Assembly (NCBI GenBank): GCA_964486825.1
Contig: CAZAQS010000002.1
Coordinates: 100-64,099 of the forward strand
Origin: an uncultured Anaerolineaceae bacterium
GTDB taxonomy: Bacteria > Chloroflexota > Anaerolineae > Anaerolineales > UBA4823
Length of the DNA: 64,000 bases
Direction of reading: 5' to 3'
Part shown: positions 63,998 through 64,000 of the stretch, piece by piece
Numbering within the stretch: the first letter of the stretch is position 1
Layout of the letters: the number at the start of each line of letters is the position of its first letter
Notes under the pieces: generated by a model
Seen by the model: the letters and a program-made list of their open reading frames with translations, nothing else
Databases searched by the model: none
Told to the model about the DNA's origin: nothing
Translations under genes and position numbers: made by a program

Positions 63998-64000
63998 ATC

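Overview
Dense, moderately GC-rich bacterial chromosomal window with about 65 genes, one tRNA, and no rRNA, CRISPR array, transposase or integrase that I can recognise. Gene content hints at a Chloroflexota (Anaerolineae-like) organism: Pro/Thr-rich linkers, many lipoproteins, a two-subunit class I fumarase and a RibXY-like transporter behind an FMN riboswitch. That assignment is inference only. Order of content: clpC-radA; a BCD/PucC-type MFS gene, an HTH gene and small membrane genes; holA; a heterogeneous accessory stretch (9.1-15.5 kb) ending at tRNA-Val(CAC), which carries a 113-bp tandem partial duplication; a repeat-rich lipoprotein; an FMN riboswitch with a readable terminator/antiterminator in front of a ThiXYZ-like ABC importer whose binding-protein gene is frameshifted; a complete System I cytochrome c maturation cluster (ccmEFHG ... 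ccmABCD) with a CxxxY-type CcmE and three embedded or flanking proteins that share swapped modules; a pseudo-receiver/GAF/PAS/HD-GYP protein; an FHA-FHA-FHA-rodA-PBP2 operon in which PBP2 is fused to an intact M23 endopeptidase, divergent from a non-PASTA Ser/Thr kinase; fumarase, mutS2, an oxidoreductase and a WD40 lipoprotein; a peptide-type ABC importer without ATPase genes; coaE (fused), cdaA-cdaR-der, lepB, NUDIX and LysM genes. The most unusual item is a perfect Cheo-type LexA box inside a near-consensus promoter. It would drive an orphan FtsK/SpoIIIE-like ATPase and a 76-aa partner, a candidate undescribed SOS-inducible module. All family assignments come from motif reading by eye; no database search was possible.
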